DNA of 45,918 nucleotides from Chiloscyllium plagiosum (taxonomy: Eukaryota). Numbering within the stretch: the stretch's first letter is position 1; every line of letters starts with the position of its first letter. The stretch covers positions 11,580,462 through 11,626,379 of the forward strand of contig NC_057753.1 in NCBI RefSeq assembly GCF_004010195.1. The letters are read 5' to 3'. Both the position numbers and the translations under genes were made by a program. Of this stretch, positions 11,466 through 24,624 are shown in pieces. The notes under the pieces were generated by a model. It made no database searches. It was not told the origin of the DNA and saw nothing but the letters and a program-made list of their open reading frames with translations.

Positions 11466-11473
11466 TTGATGTG

Positions 11474-11748
11474 ATTTGGAGATGCCGGTGTTGGACTGGG
11501 GTGTACAAAGTTAAAAATCTCACAACACCGGGTTATAGTCCAACAGGTTTGATTGGAAGCACTAGCTTTCGGAGCATCACTCCTTCATCAGGTGGTTGTG
11601 GAGAATAAAACTGTAAGACACAGAATTTATAGCAAAAGTTTACAGTGTGGATATAACTGGAATTATATATTGAAAAAGACCTGGATTGTTTGTTAAGTCT
11701 CTCATCTTTTAGAATGTTAAAAATCACACAACACCAGGTTATAGTCCT
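11474..11748 (-). mobile_element. PLE terminal repeat family B
   Basis: Reverse complement of 421-648. Confidence 0.65.
11560..11594 (-). ncRNA. Minimal hammerhead ribozyme motif (family B, intact core)
   Basis: cac-CTGATGA-A-GGAGT-gat-GCTCC-GAAAG-CTA-gtg; stem I cac/gtg, AGCT palindrome as stem III. Confidence 0.75.
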
Positions 11749-11750
11749 TT

Positions 11751-12074
11751 AGATTTTTTTTTTAAGATTCCCTCCAGTGTGGAAACAGGCCCTTCGGCCC
11801 AACTAGTCCACACCAACCCTCCGAAGAATAACCCACCCAGATCCATTTCCCTCTGACTAATGTACCTAACGCTACGGGCAATTTAGCATGGCCAATTCAC
11901 CTGACCTGCACATCTTTGGACTGTGGGAGGAAAGCCGGAGCACCCGGAGGAAACCCACGCAGACACGGGGAGAACGTGCAAACTCCACACAGTCAGTTAC
12001 CCGAGGCTGGAATCAAACCTGGGACCCTGGTGCTGTGAGGCAGCCGTGCTAACCAGCGAGCCACCGTACCGCCC
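11751..12074 (-). mobile_element. HE1-like V-SINE
   Basis: Same head, body and tail as 10479-10778. Confidence 0.85.
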
Positions 12075-12076
12075 CT

Positions 12077-12566
12077 TATTTGGAAGCACTACCTTTTGGA
12101 GCGCCGCTCCATCAGGTGGTTAGCAGCAGCGCTCCGAAAGCTAATGTGCTTCCAATTAAACCTGTTGGACTATAACCTGGTGTTGTGTGATTTTTAACTT
12201 TGTACACCCCAGTCCAACACCGGCGTCCCCAAATCTTTTAGAATGACCTTGTTGGTTTCGCTTCTTTCATATATGTAAATCGCAAAACGTTTTTTAAAAG
12301 TTACATTCTCAAGCGAACTTTAACAACTGGTGTCATGTCGGCCCAGATAAGGTTCCGAAGGTGTGAGACTGTCTGTGCCACAATGGTCAGACTGATTCTA
12401 ATCTAAGATTTACATGGATTCATGCAGTTTTTGAGCAAAGTAAAATGTAATTCTGCAAGTGCGAATTCACCCCACAAACTTATATGTCTATGTGTGCACG
12501 TGGGTTGTTGTGTTCTTCCAGCCTCCTGCTTGTGTACTTTGGATCCCAGCATTTGCAGTTTCTTTT
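12077..12566. mobile_element. Rearranged PLE family B repeats with an inverted junction
   Basis: Head-to-head decayed hammerhead halves at 12081-12150, followed by further PLE-like UTR. Confidence 0.55.
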
Positions 12567-12569
12567 CGC

Positions 12570-12730
12570 CACTATAGGCAATTTGGCACTTAACCCACAC
12601 AACTTTGGACCGCGGGAGGAAACCCACACAGAGACAGGGGGAGAACATGCAAACGCCTGAGGGTGGAATCGAACCCGGGTCCCTGGCGCTGTGAGGCAGC
12701 GGTGCTAACCACTGAGCCACCGTGCCGCCC
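12570..12730 (-). mobile_element. Partial V-SINE
   Basis: tRNA-like head GGCGGCACGGTGGCTCAGTGGTTAGC on the minus strand. Confidence 0.75.
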
Positions 12731-14011
12731 GTGAATTGAATCTGACTTCAGAAATACGTTGGTGCAAACATGGGACAAAAGTCAGCCATTCAGCCCCTCA
12801 AGGCTGCGTCACCACTCACTAGGCTTGTGGCTGATCTGATTTTAACAGGAATGTTACAGTCGTGATCGTATTCAATGGTGAGGCAGGTTCCAGGGACTAA
12901 ATGGCCTCTTCCTGCCCCCAGTTCAGTGTTCTTAAACAGGCGACCCCTTATTTTGAAACTATGGTTCCCGATTCAACAGGAAACATCCTCTCCACATCCA
13001 CCCGGTCAAGTCTCCTCAGGATCTTATTTGCTTCAATTCAGTCACCTCTGATTCTTCTAAACTCCAGGCCTAGCCCTGTCCAGCCTTTCCTCTCAAAGGC
13101 CAACCCGCTCAGTCCAGGCATTAGTGCAGTAAAACCTCACTCTCTCTGAGCTACCTTCAACCCATTAATGCCCTCCCGCGAGTCCAGTGACTAATATTGC
13201 ACCAGTCCAGCTGATGTCTCACCCAATGCCCCGTGTGAAGCACAGCCTCTCCCTGCTCTTGCACTCACTTCCCCTTAGGGCAAACCATGACATTCTCTCA
13301 GCTGTACTGAACGGACGGAGAGAGAGCAGGTAAATGTGAAACCCAAGACCAACATCGAGGGCGGTGTCTGACAGGAGGTGCAGCAAGGTTGTTGACGCTT
13401 GGCCTTGGGGGGGGGGGTCAATTTCCTCCCTCAGTCACAATTTCCCAAGTTTCATCGCTGTAATAAGAAGGAGCCATTACAACCCGTCAATCTTCCTCAA
13501 GTATCCCCTTCCAAAGAAACGCGGAGCCATCCAGCCCTTTGAGTTTGCTCTGCCCTTCGATACGTTCGCGCTGGTCGTCCAACCAAAAAGCACTCAAATA
13601 TTTCGGCCTCCACTGATTTCGGTGGCAGAGAATTGCACTGGCTTCCTGGGCGTGCTCCTGATCTCAATCCAAGATGGCCTACCACGTACCTTTAGACAGT
13701 GAACCCCTTGGTTCTGGATCATAAGATGCGGAATCCACAAGGGCAGAGGCAAGAAACGAATAGGGGAGGAGCACACGGGTGGGAATGGTGGATAGATCCT
13801 CTCGACAAGTAACTACACATTGAAAGAGGGAACAGAACAGGAGACAATGAGGGAATGTAACAAAGGCACTACGTTAATCAGAACTGACTGAGTCTTCACG
13901 TAGATTGGAAACAACAGGTAGATGTAGCGAGAAGGAAGACCTTGGACTGTCTTTGGGACGGTTTGCAGTTGTGGATCCAACTAGGCTATTTTGAATCTCA
14001 TCATGTGTAAT

Positions 14012-16921
14012 AGTCATAGAGGTGTACAGCATGGAAACAGACCCTTTGGTCCAACCCGTCCATGCCGACCAGATATCCCAACCCAATCTAGTCCCACCTG
14101 CCAGCGCCCGGCCCATATCCCTCCAAACCCTTCCTATTCATATACCCATCCAAATGCCTTTTAGATTTACAATTGTACCAGCCTCCACCACTTCCTCTGG
14201 CCGCTCATTCCATACACGTACCACCCTTTGTGTGAAAAAGTTGCCCTTAAGTCTCTATTATATCTTTCCCCTCTCACCCTCTAGTTCTGGACTCCTCCAT
14301 CCCAGGGAAAAGACCTTATCTATTTATCTTATCCATGCCCCTTATGATTTTATAAACCTCTATAAGGTCTCCCCTCAGCCTCCGACACCCCATGGAAAAC
14401 AGCCCCAGCCTGTTCATTCTCTCCTTGTAGCTCAAACCCTCCAACCCTGGCAACATCCTTGTCAATCTTTTCTGAACCCTTTCACATTTCACAACATCTT
14501 TCCGATAGGAAGGTGACCAGAATTGCAGGCAATATTCCAACAGTGGCTTAACCAATGTCCTGTACAGGTGCAATATATCCTCCCAACTCCTGTACTCAAT
14601 ACTCTGGCTGATAAAGGAAAATATACCAAACGCCTCCTTCATTATCCTATCTAGCTGCGACTGCACTTTCAAAGAGCTATGAACCTGCACTCCAAGGTCT
14701 CTATGTTCAGCAACACTCCCTAGGACCTTACCATTAAGTGTATAAGTCCTGCTAAGATTTGCTTTCCCAAAATGCAGCACCTCGCATTTATCTGAATTAA
14801 ACTCCATCTGCCGCTTCTCAACCCATTAGCCCATCTGGTCCAGATCCTGTTGTAATCTGAGGTAACCCTCTTTGTTGTCCACTACACCCTCCAATCTTGG
14901 TGTCATCTGCAAACTTACTAACTATACCTCTTTTGCTCACATTCAAATCATTTATATAAATGACGAAAAGTACTGGACCCAGCACCGATCCTTGTGGCAC
15001 TCCACTGGTCACAGGCCTCCAGTCTGGAAAACAACCCTCCAACACCACCCTCTGTCTTCTACCTTTGAGCCAGTTCTGTATCCAAATGGCTAGTTCTCCC
15101 TGTATTCTGTGAGATCTAACCTTGCAAACCAGTCTCCCATGGGGAACCTTGCCAAATGCCTTACTGAAGTTCATATAGATCACATCTACCACTCTTCCCA
15201 TATCAATTCTGTTTGTTACTTCAAGTTTGTGAGACATGATTTCCCACATGTTGACTATCTCTACCCAAATACATGTATATCCTGTCCCTCAGGATTCCCT
15301 CCAACCACTTGCCCACCACTTAGGTCAGGCTCACTGGTCTATAGTTCCCTGGTTTGTCTTTACCACCCTTCTTAAACAGTGGCACCACGTTTGCTAACCC
15401 CCAATCTTCCAGCACCTCACCTCTGACTATCAATCATACAAGTATCTCAGCAAGAGGCCCAGCAATCACTTCTCTAGCTTCCCACAGAGTTCTGGGGTAC
15501 ACCTGATCAGGTTCTGGGGATTTACCAACTTTTATGCGTTTCAAGACATCCAGCACTTCCTCCTCTGTAATATGGACATTTTTCAAGATGTCACCATTTA
15601 TTTCCCTACAGTCTATATCTTCCATGTCCTTTTCCACAGTAAATACTGATCCAAAATACTCCTTTAATATCTCTCCCATTTTCTGTGGCTCCGCACAAAG
15701 GCCGCCTTGCTGATCTTTAAGGGGCCCTATTCTCTCCCTAGTTACCCTTTTGTCCTTAATGTATTTGTAAAAACCCTTTGGATTCTCCTTAATTCTATTT
15801 GCCAAAGCTATCTCATGTCCCCTTTTGTCCCTCCTGATTTCCCTGTTAAGTATACTCCTACTACCTTNNNNNNNNNNNNNNNNNNNNNNNNNNNNNNNNN
15901 NNNNNNNNNGAAAATTCTTGCCTAATACCGTCAAAATTGGCCTTTCTCCAAATTAGAACTTCAACTTTTAGATCTGGTCTATCCTTTTCCATCACTATAT
16001 TAAAGCTAATAGAATTATGGCCATTGGTCTCCAAATTGCTCCCCCACTGACAACTCAGTCACCTGCCCTGCCTTATTTCCCAAGAGTAGGTCAAGTTTTG
16101 CCCCTTTTCTAGTGGGTACATCCACATACTGAATCAGAAACTTTTCTTATACACACTTAAGAAATTCCTCTCCATCTAAACCCTTAACACTATGGCAGTC
16201 CCAGTCTATGTTTGGAAAGTTAAAATCCCCTACCATAACCACCCTATTTTTCTTACAGATAGCTGAGATCTCCTTAAAAATTTGTTTCTCAATTTCCCTC
16301 TGACTATTAAGGGGTCTATAATACAATTCCAATAAGGTTATCATCCCTTTCTTATTTCTCAGTTCCACCCAAATAACTTCCCTGGATGTATTTCCGGGAA
16401 TACCCTCCCTCCGCACAGCTGTAATACTATCCCTTCTCAAACAGCTGTAATGCTATCCCGTATCAAAAAGGCCACTCCCCTCCTCTCTTGCCTCCCTTTC
16501 TGTCCTTCCTGTAGCATTTGTATCCTGGAACATTAAGCTGCCAGTCCTGCCCATCCCTGAGCCATGTTTCCGTAATTACTATGATATCCCAGTCCCATAT
16601 TCCTAACCATACTCTGAGTTCATCTGCCTTCCCTGTTAGGCCCCTTGCATTGAAATAAATGCAGTTTAATTTATTAGTCCTACCTTGTCCCTGCCTGCCC
16701 TGACTGTTTGATTCACTTCTGTCCTCAACTGTACTAGTCTCAGATTGACCTCTTTCCTCACTGTCTCCCTGGGTCCCACCTCTCCCACCTTACTAGTTTA
16801 AATCCTCCCAAGCAGCTCCAGCAAATCTCCCTGCCAGTATATTAGTCCCCTTCCAATTTTGGTGCAACTCGTCCATCTTGTACAGGTCACTTCTACCCCA
16901 AAAGAGATTCCAATGATCCAA
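14012..16921 (-). mobile_element. Long CR1/HER1-like LINE: ORF1 esterase end, APE endonuclease, RT, 3' tail; internally deleted and disrupted
   Basis: WNLFWGRSDLYKMDELH...GTNILAGRF; YYRP...[38 protein letters not shown]. Confidence 0.9.
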
Positions 16922-17028
16922 AAATGAGGCAGTTTTAATAAATAATGTCAGAGCAAATAATAAAAGGAATACCATAGTCTCTGAATACCATAAGGCTGCT
17001 CTCTCGCAGAGACGGACTAAAATCATGA

Positions 17029-19770
17029 GGGGAGGCGATGGCCCAGTGGTATTATTGCTCGACTGTTAATCCAGACACCCAGAATACTGTTCTGGGGACC
17101 TGGATTCAAATCCCGCCTTGGCACGTGGTGGAATTTGAGTTCAATAAAAAAGCGGGAATTAAGAGTCGACTGCTGACCATGAGACCATTGTCAATTGTCG
17201 GAAAAACCCATCTGGTTCCCTCATGCCCTACAGGGATGGAAATCGGCCAACCTGACCTGGTCTGACCTACATGTGACTCCAGAGCCACAGCAATGTGGTT
17301 GACTCTGAACTGCCCTCTGACATGGCCTGGCAAACCACTCAGATTGTATCAATCACTAGAAAGTCACAACGAAGAAATGAAACCAGACGGACCCCCACCC
17401 GGCTTCGAGCTCAGACCTGGGAAAGACAACGGCAAAAGCTCAAACAGCCCTGTCGACCGTGCAAAGTCCTCCTTACCAACATCTGGGGGCGAGTGCCAAA
17501 ATTGGGAGAGCTGTCTCACAGACTAAAGCAATAGCCTGAGATAGTCATCCCTACGGAATCATACCTTACAGATAACACCTCAGACCCCACCACTACCACC
17601 ACCATCTCTGGGTATGTCCTGTCCCACCGGCACGGTGGTATACAATCAGGAGGGAGTTGCCCTGGAAGTCCTTGACATCGACTCCAGTCCCCGTGAAGTC
17701 TCGTGGCTTTGTGTTAAACGTGGGCAAGGTAACGTCTCACTGGTTACCATGTACCATCCTCCTTCACCTGTTGAGCAACACATGGAGGAAGCACTGAGGT
17801 GGCAAGGGTGCAAAATGTACCTTGGGCGGCGGATTCCAATGCCCGCCACGGCAGCAGCATTACTGATCGAGCTGGTCGGGTCCTAAAGGATTTAAGGCTA
17901 TCACGCAGCACCTGCTCAGTGACGCCCAGATTGAGTTTCGCCAGGGACACCCAGCTCCTGATCTCATTAGAGCCTTGGTTCAAACATGGACAAAAGAGCT
18001 GAATTCCAGGGGGGAGGTGAGAGTGACAGCCCTCGACATCAAGGCTGCATTTGACCATGTATGGCATCAAGGAGCCCTGGCAAAACTGGAGTCAGTGGGT
18101 ATCGTGGGGAAACACTCCGCTGGTTAGAGTCATACCTGGGTCTGTGGCAGGCGGTGAAGGAACCAACAAGAGGGGGGGAAAGAAACATTTGACCTCATCC
18201 TTACTAATCTGCCGGCTGCAGTAGCATCTGCCCATGACAGCATTGGTAAAAGAGCCCACCACACTTGTCCTTGTGGGGACGAAGTCCCATCTTCACATTA
18301 AGAATAGCGACCGTCGTGTTGTGTGGCACTGTCACGGTGCTAAATGGGACAGACTTCGAACTGATCTAGCAGCTCAAGACTGGGCATCCGTGAGGCCATC
18401 AACAGCAGAACTGTACTCCCGCCCAATCTGCAACCTCGTGGCCTGGCATAGCCCCCACTCAACCATTACCTGCAAGCCAGGGGATCAACCCTGGTTCAGT
18501 GGAGAGTGTAGGAGGACATGCCAGGATCAGCATCAGGCGCACCTGAAAACGGGGTGCCAACCTGGGGTGAAGCTACCAGACAGGACTACTTGCCTGCCAA
18601 TTGGCATAAACTGCAAGTGATAGACAGAGCTAAGCAATCCCACAACCGACAGATCAGATCTAAACTCTGCAGTCCTTCCATGTCCAGTTGTGAATGGTGG
18701 TGGAGAACTAAACAACTCTCTGGAGGAGGAGGTTCCACAGATATCCCCACCCTCAATGATGGAGGAGCCCAGCACATCAGTGCAAAAGATCAGGCGGGCC
18801 AAAGGGCCTGTACTGCGCTGTATTCTTCTATGTTCTATGTTCTCTGGAGGAGGAGGTTCCACAGATATCCCCACCCTCAATGATGGAGGAGCCCAGCACA
18901 TCAGTGCAAAAGATCAGGCTGATGCATTCGCAACAATCTTCAGTCAGAAGTGCCGAGTTGACGATCCACCTTGGGCTCCTCCAGTGGTCCCCAGCATCAC
19001 AGACACCAGTCTCCAGCAAATTCGATTCACTCCACGTGATATCAAGCAACGGCTGGAGGCACTGGATACTGCAAAGGCACTGGGCCCTGATAACAGTCTG
19101 ACAATAGTACTGACGATGTGCGCTCCAGAACTTGCCGCTCCTCTAGCCAAGGTACAACACTGCCATCTACCCGACAATGTGAAAATTGCCCAAGTATGTC
19201 CTGTACGCAAAAAGCAGGACAAATCCAACCCAGCCAATTACCGCCCAATCTGTCTGCTCTCCACCATCAGTAAAGTGATGGAAGGAGTCACCAACAGTGC
19301 TATCAAGCAGCACCTACTCAGCAACAACTTGCTCAGTGACACCCAGTTTAGGTTTTTCCAGGGTCATTCAGCTCCTGACCTCACTACAGCCTTGGTTCAA
19401 ATGTGGACAAAAGAGCTGAATTCCAGGGGGGAGGTGAGAGTGACAGCCCTTGACATCAAGGCTGCATTTGACCGTGTATGGCATCAAGGAGCCCTGGCAA
19501 AACTGGAATCGGTGGGTATCGTGGGGAAAACACTCCGCTGGTTAGAGTCATACCTGGCGGAAAGGAAGATGGTTTGTGATTGTGGGGGTCAGTCGTCTCA
19601 ACTCTCGGACATTTCAGCAGGAGTCCCTCAGGGTAGTGTCCTAGACCCAACAATCTTCAGCTGCTCCATCAATGACCTTCCAAGGTCAGAAGTGGGGATG
19701 TTCGCCAATGATTGCACAGTGTTCAGACCTCAGATACTGAAGCAGTCCATCCAGGCTTGGGCAGACAAAT
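17029..19770 (+). mobile_element. Non-LTR retrotransposon pseudogene (APE + RT) with tRNA-like 5' head
   Basis: A box 17039-17049, B box 17102-17113; LLTNIWG...ELSHRL...TESYL (APE); [21 protein letters not shown] (RT); frameshifts and stops. Confidence 0.85.
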
Positions 19771-20066
19771 GGGGAGTCCAGAACTAGAGGTTTAGGGTGA
19801 GAGGGGAAAAGATTTAAAAAGGAACCTAAGGGGCAACCTTTTCACACAGAGGGTGGTGCGTGTATGGAATGTGCTGCCAGAGGACGTGGTGGAGGCTGGT
19901 ACAATGACAGCATTTAAAAGGCATCTGGATGGAGACATGAATAGGAAGGGCTTAGAGGGATATGGGCCAAGGGCTAAAATAGGACTAGATTAGGTTAGGA
20001 TGTCTGGTTGGCATGGACAAGTTGGACCGAAGGGTCTGTTTCCGTGCTGTACATCTCTAAGACTCT
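19771..20066 (+). mobile_element. HER1-like CR1 3' end
   Basis: RGNLFTQRVVRVWNVLPEDVVEAG and tail. Confidence 0.85.
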
Positions 20067-20219
20067 GTGTATAAGTTAGATGGACTGGCCATGCTAAATG
20101 CACTATAGTGTCCAGGGATTAGCCATGGAAAACGCAGGGTTACAGGAATATGGTAGACAACTGGGTCTGCTGGGATCTTCTTTGGCCTTTATCCACACCA
20201 CAGGGATTCTATGAATAAT

Positions 20220-21345
20220 GTGGTCTCACCAGTGCTCAGCATAACTAAAGCATAACCTCTCTCCTTTTGTATTCAACCCCCCCTTGTGATTAATGATATA
20301 ACATTCTATTAGCTTTCCTGTTTACTTACTGTGCCTCCATACCAATTCATACACTCGGATGTCTGGATCTCTGTGTCCCATAGCTCCGCAATCTCTCAAG
20401 TTGAGGTATTGTGCTTATTTTCTTTTAATTCTTCCAACCAAAATGGACAATTACATATATCCCCACATCATACTCAATTTGCCACATCTTCACCATTCAT
20501 CTAACCCATCCTTTTTGCAGCTTTGCTATCTCTTCGTCAAACTTACTTTCTGACTGATTTTTGTGTCATGAGCAAATCTAGCGACCGTATCTTTGGTCCA
20601 GTCATCCAAGTCACTTGCGGGGAGGCAATGGCCTAGTGGTATTATTACTGGACTGTTAATCCAAAGACCCAGGTAATATTCTGGGGACCCGGGTTCAAAT
20701 CCCACCATGGCAGATGGTGGAATTTGAGTTCAAACTAAACAAAACAATTTGTAATTAAGAGTCTAATGACAACCATGTGTCGATTGTTGTAAAAACCCAT
20801 CTGGTTCACTAATGTCCTTTGGGGAAGGAAACTGCCTTCCTTACCTGGTCTGGCCTACATGTGACTCCAGACCCTCAGCAATATGGCTGACTCTCAATGG
20901 CCTCTGGGCAATTAGGGATGGGCAATAAATGCTGGCCCAGCATAAAAAAACCTGTAATACCAAGGAACTATGTACCTAGGTCTCTGTTTGGCAACACTCC
21001 CCAGGGTCCTACCATTAACTGTGTGAGCCCTGTATTGGTTTGTTTTACAAAATGCAGCACCTCACGTTTATCTAAATTGAACTCCATCTGCCATTCCTCG
21101 GTCCACCAACCCAGTTGATCAAGATCCCGTTGTACTCCGAGACAACCTTCTTCACAGTGCACTGTCTCCCCCCCCCCCCCCCTCCCCCCCCCCCAAAACT
21201 TGGTGTCATCCACAAACCTACTAACCATGCCTCCTATATTCTAATCCAAATCATTTACATAAATGATGAGCAGCAGTGGACCCAGCACTGATCCTTGTGG
21301 CACACCGCTGGTGACAAGTCTCCAGCCTGGGAACCACCATCCTCT
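20220..21345 (-). mobile_element. Decayed CR1 RT fragments flanking a SINE
   Basis: FAHDTKI / FVDDTK, WQMEFNLDK motifs. Confidence 0.7.
20619..20950 (+). mobile_element. tRNA-derived SINE matching the 5' end of the LINE at 17029
   Basis: GGGGAGGCAATGGCCTAGTGG...GGTTCAAATCC...CCCATCTGGTTCACTAATGTCC...GGGCAATTAGGGATGGGCAATAAATGCTGGCC + poly-A. Confidence 0.85.
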
Positions 21346-21357
21346 GTCTGCTACAGT

Positions 21358-22966
21358 CAAGTGGTTAAAGGACGGCTGGAAATTAGGAAGTCTTGAAAAA
21401 TGAGATAACAAGGGACCAGAGACAGTGTGTTCCTGTTAGGGCGAAGGGCAAGGCTGGTAGCTGCAGGGAATGCTGGGTGACTAAAGAAATTGAGGGTTTG
21501 GTCAAAAAGAAGGAAGCATACGTCAGTTGGAGACAGCAAAGACCAAGTGAATCCCTAGAGGAGTATAAGGATAGTCGGAGTATACTTAAGTAGGAAATCA
21601 GGGGGGCAAAAAGGGGATATGAGGTAGCTTTGGCAAACTGGGTTAAGGAGAATCCAAAGGGATTCTACAAATATATTAAGGACAAAAGGGTAACTAGGGA
21701 GAGAATAGGGCCCCTGAAAGATCAGCAAGACCACCTGTATGTGGAACCAGAAAAGTTGGGGAGATACTACACAAGTATTTTGCATCAGTGTTTACTGTGG
21801 AGAAGGTCATGGAAAATAGAGAATGTGGGGAATTAAATAGTGACACCTAGAAAAATGTCTGTATTACAGAGGGGTGGTACTGGATGTCTTGAAATGCATA
21901 AAGGTAGATAAATCCCTGGTACCTGATCAGGTGCACCCGGGATCACTGGGGGAAGCTAGGGAAGTGATTGCTGGGCCTCTTGCTGAGATATTTGTATCAT
22001 CAATAGTCACAGGTGAGGTGCCGGAAGACTGGAGGTTGGCTAATATGGTGCCACTGTTTAAGAAGGGTGGTAAGGACAAGCCAGGGAACTATAGACGAGT
22101 GAGCCTGACCTCAGTGGTGGGCAAGTTGTTGGAGGGAATCCAACAACGTGGGTTTCCTCCGGGTGCTCCGGTTTCCTCCCACAGTCCAAAGATGTGCAGG
22201 GTCAGGTGAATTGGCTATACTAAATTGCCTGTAGTGTTAGGTAAGGGGTAAATGTAGGGGTATGGGTGGGTTCGCTTCGGCGGGTCGGTGTGGACTTGTT
22301 GGGCCGAAGGGCCTGTTTCCACACTGTAATGTAATCTAATCTGTAATCTGAGGGACAGGATGTACATGTATTTAGAATGGCAAGGACTAGGGATAGTCAG
22401 CATGGCTTTGTGCATGGGAAATCATGTCACAAACTTTTGAGTTGTTTGGAGAGGTAATGAAGAGGATTGATGAGGGCAGAGCAGTGAACGTGGTCCAAAT
22501 GGATCCAATAAGGCTTTCGACTGGTTAGCAAGATTAGATTACATGGAATAGAGAGAGAACTAACCATTTGGATACAGAACTGGCTCGAAGGTAGAAGAAA
22601 GTGGTGGTGGAGGGTTGTTTTTCAGACTGGAGGCCTGTGACCAATGGTGTACCACAAGGATTGGTGCTGGGTCCAGAGCTAGAGGGTGTAGGTTTGAGGT
22701 GAGAGGGGAAAGGATTAAAAAGGACCAAGAGGCGACTTTTTCATGCAGAAGGTGGTGTGAGTATGGAATGAGCTGCCAGAGGAAGTGGTAGAGGCTGGTA
22801 CACTTACAATATTTAAAAGGAATCAGGATGGGTACATGAATAGGAAGGGTTTTGTGGGATATGAGCCAAATGATGCCAACTGGAACTAGATTATTTTAAG
22901 CTATCTGGTCGGCATGGACAAGTTGGACCAAAGGGTCTGTTTCCATTCTGTATATCTCTATGACTG
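21358..22966 (+). mobile_element. CR1/HER1-like LINE with internal deletions; V-SINE nested at about 22147-22349
   Basis: KENPKGFYKYIKDKRVTRERIGPLKD; GEVPEDWRLANMVPLFKKG; 3' tail. Confidence 0.85.
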
Positions 22967-22967
22967 T

Positions 22968-23745
22968 AAGCCAATTTTGTATCCAATTGGCTAGCTGTCC
23001 CTGAATCCTGTGTGATTGTGTCAGAAAGATTCAGTCTACCATGTGGGTACCTTGTCGAAGCCTTCCTAAAATCCATGTAGACAATGTCTACCACAGAGCC
23101 GTCATCTATCTTCTTGATCACCTCTTCAAAAAACTATCAAATTTGTGAAATATGATTCCCATTACACATAGCCATACTGACTACCCCTAATCAGTCCTTG
23201 TCTTTCCAAATGCATGCAAATCTCTCCACTCCCTTCCAACAACTTATCTACCACTGATGTTAGGCTCATCAGTCTGTGGGTCACTAGCCTTTCTTAAATA
23301 ATGGTACAACATTAGCCATCCTCCGGTTTTCTGGCACCCCACCCACACTTAGAGTCATAGAGATGCACAACACAGAAACAGACCCTCCAATCCAACTCAT
23401 CCATACTGACCAGAAATCCTAAATTAATCTAGTCCAGGACTTGGTCCATATCCCTCTTAACCCTTCCCATTTATATATTCATCCAGATGCCTATTAAATG
23501 TAGTAATTGTACCAGCCTCCACCATTTCCTCTGGCAGCTCATTGCATACACGCACCACCTTCTACATGAGCAAGTTGCCCCTTCGTCTCTTTTATATCTT
23601 TCCCCTCTCACCCTAAACCAATGCCCTCTAGTTCTGGACTCCCTCACCCCAGGGAAAATACATTGTCTGTTTACCCTATCCATGCCCCTCATGATTTTAA
23701 AAACCTCTATATGGTCACCTCTCAGCCTCCGTCCCTCCAGGAAAA
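22968..23745 (-). mobile_element. Two CR1 fragments (RT piece and 3' end)
   Basis: VDIVYMDFRKA; RRLRGDHIEVFKIMRG. Confidence 0.8.
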
Positions 23746-24043
23746 ATTGATTTGCTAAATTGACTCCTCCAGTGCAGTAAGGACTGAAAATATATAGCAT
23801 AGCTACAGTACTATACTAGAAATAATAAATGTACATCAGAGAACCACAAATAATAAATACCATTATGACAAATCTTGACATATCTTTGTCCTATGTTAAA
23901 TTTAAGTTCCCATAAATGCAGGATATTTCCTGGAGATCCCACTCCTTCATTGTGAACATTGTAGATAGGCACATGAGGGAAATAAATTTTCAAGACTTCA
24001 GGGATATAGAGGGGTTCGGGACTAACGAGTTTATTGCACGGAG

Positions 24044-24180
24044 AAGGGCTTATTCCTGAAGAAGGGCTTATGCCCGAAACGTCGATTCTCCTGCTCCTTG
24101 GATGCTGCCTGACCTGCTGCGCTTTTCCAGCAACACATTTTTCAGCTCTGATCTCCAGCATCTGCAGTCCTCACTTTCTC
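24044..24180 (+). mobile_element. Solo PLE family A terminal repeat with hammerhead (24056-24083) and 22-bp TSD
   Basis: CTAACGAGTTTATT(G/A)CACGGAG at 24022-24043 and 24181-24202; CTGAAGA-A-GGGC-TTAT-GCCC-GAAACGTC. Confidence 0.8.
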
Positions 24181-24624
24181 CTAACGAGTTTATTACACGG
24201 AGAGTCAGCATGCAGTCCAGTTAGCAAATGGACAACTTCTGTCCTACAATGACTCTATTGTTGGAAATACATAAGCTAGCTATAGCACAATATTACATGG
24301 CTAGCAATAATAACAATGCACTTTTCTCAGGGAAATATAGATAATGTAAGTCTTATGTACCACAGAACAGCACAAGATTCTCTCTTATATGCATTTGTTA
24401 TCCCCCTAAATGTCGGCCATTTCCTGGAAAGGCCAACCCTTTAATCGAGAATCTTTGGAGAGAGACCATCCTTTGAGCCAGGTAGATAAATCTGTCCAGC
24501 GTGGAGGAGAGAGACCTGGATCAACCTTTCCAGTGTCTGTCCCTCCCCGAAGATTCACTTCCCCTCCCTTCTGTTTCTGCAAGTCCACACTTTAACCCCA
24601 GAATGAAAAAAAGAGAGTGCCGTG

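Noticed and set aside
18690..19787. 365-aa RT ORF as a functional or domesticated gene
   Set aside because: The N-terminus comes from a duplication-induced frameshift, the catalytic motif reads FAND rather than FADD, and the C-terminus is truncated by a CR1 piece.
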